Assembly (NCBI RefSeq): GCF_006345805.1
Contig: NC_043007.1
Coordinates: 62,868,001-62,932,000, forward strand
Length of the DNA stretch: 64,000 bases
DNA from: Octopus sinensis
Taxonomy: Eukaryota
Direction: 5' to 3'
Positions 62,627-64,000 of this stretch are shown here, piece by piece (the first letter of the stretch is position 1; every line of letters starts with the position of its first letter). Both the position numbers and the translations under genes were made by a program. The notes beneath the pieces are model-generated. The model had not been told where the DNA came from and did not search any database. It saw only the letters and a list, made by a program, of their open reading frames with translations.

Positions 62627-63784
62627 AAAAAAAAACAAAAATATATCTTCAGTAGCTGGCAAAAATTGTCCAGCGGCAAGTATCCACATTCTCTCCCTCT
62701 CTCTCACTACAGAGAAAAGAAAAACACATTGGTAATAAACAAATATCCTTAACATCAGCAAACGAACAGCAAAATACTATTCCATAATTATTTTTGTCAG
62801 ACTGGAATGTACACATCTACAGAAAGAAAATATGAGAATGAGCTACTTGCAGATGCTGTTTGTTGTTTAGCTTTAGGTGAACCCTAATTGAAGAAAACCT
62901 TTGATGAAAGACATTCCAGCTATGACTTATCATTTTTTCTTTTTTATGCAAATACAGTGTATCTTGTCCAATGCATCCCTTAAACTCCATACTACTTCAG
63001 CTTAAATCCAATGACTGTACCTGCCTATTTTGCCTGGTACTTAACCACCTCTCCTTCATTGTCTCAACACTAAGATCCTTTGTATTTTACCCTGCATCTC
63101 CTCAAAATGACTTCCCTCCTCATGTAACCTGTCTATTAATCTTCAATAATTGCAACTAAACATTTACTGCTCTAATATCACTCAGCTATATATTTATTTC
63201 TTAGTGTATGAGGTTCTGTAAAGTCTATAGGAACTGCTGCTTCTTAATTTAAAATAAGGAGATTAGCTACACATCTGTTCTTCATTTATGTCTCATTTTA
63301 TCCAAGAAGTCTGTTCCACCTCATATCAAATTTTTAACTAGCTTACCTCTATGTCTTGTTTAGCATTCTTTGTATCAGTAATTACTCATCAATCTAACAT
63401 AGTTCTTCTGTCCATCCAATATATGACTAAATTTATTACCTGAATGTGTATTTGAAATTTATTTGAAGCAAAAAAGAGATCTTCTAGAAATAGCAAAAAA
63501 AAAATTCCCTTGCATTACACTCTACTGTCTAAAAAAAAAAAAGGAATACATTTAATGATATAGTCTTCTACCTGAAAAAGAAAATACAGATGTAGTGATT
63601 ATAGTTAAAAAGCTTTTGATCACAGGTCTACCAGGCTAGCCTTGGACTAAGTAGCAACAGTGAAAATGAAAGATTAATATTTTTTAGTGAGCTATTTTTT
63701 ACCTACTTCTACAGCAGAGTTATTGGTATCAAGTGCATTTACCTCTAAAATATTTGTTCTAACAATTTGTATACATGTCTATCA

Positions 63785-64000
63785 CGATCATCATTTAACA
63801 TCTGTTGTCCATGCTGGACAGTTTGACCAGAGCTGGCATGCTGGGGAGCTGCGCCAGGCTCCAGTCTGATTTGGCATGGTTTGTATGGCTGGATACTCTT
63901 CCTAACACCAACCACTTTACAGAGTGTGCTGGGTGCGTTTATGTGGCACAACACAGGTGCGTTTATGTGGCACCTGTACCGGTTTCTTGTAGGCCATTCC
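63785..64000 (-). mobile_element. RTE-type 3' tail
   Basis: catcatttaacatctgttgtccatgctgg..ggctggatactcttcctaacaccaaccactttacagagtg is the reverse complement of the 62450-62620 tail. Confidence 0.8.

Noticed and set aside
56915-64000. Next Ena exon (second half of EVH1)
   Set aside because: No VVINC..KYN..FHQW-like sequence was seen; it is presumably beyond the window.

Overview
Eukaryotic, AT-rich, microsatellite-dense animal DNA. The SINE, RTE-tail and Penelope families match what I recall from octopus (coleoid cephalopod) assemblies; this taxon call is inference. Two host genes lie head-to-head at the left: SRP9 (minus strand, coding exon 1 only) and an Ena/VASP gene (plus strand). Ena has a predicted start-codon exon ending at 3046, a candidate alternative start exon at 35632-35681, and the EVH1 exon at 56749-56914, implying a ~53.7-kb intron. 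The rest is intronic and filled with decayed mobile elements: RTE-type LINEs with a PHD finger inside the RT, BovB-like RTEs, Penelope-like (PLE) fragments, Tc1, two mariners, a pogo/Tigger piece, piggyBac-like MITEs, Helitron-like elements, a Gypsy remnant and three tRNA-derived SINE families. The most striking unannotated signal is a cluster of minimal type I hammerhead ribozyme motifs at 18.9-21.6 kb. One has a canonical core. One has a compensatory U3:A8 core and is duplicated in a perfect 151-bp inverted repeat. One is decayed. Most ORFs in the supplied track are microsatellite or antisense artefacts. All alignments and folds were done by eye.
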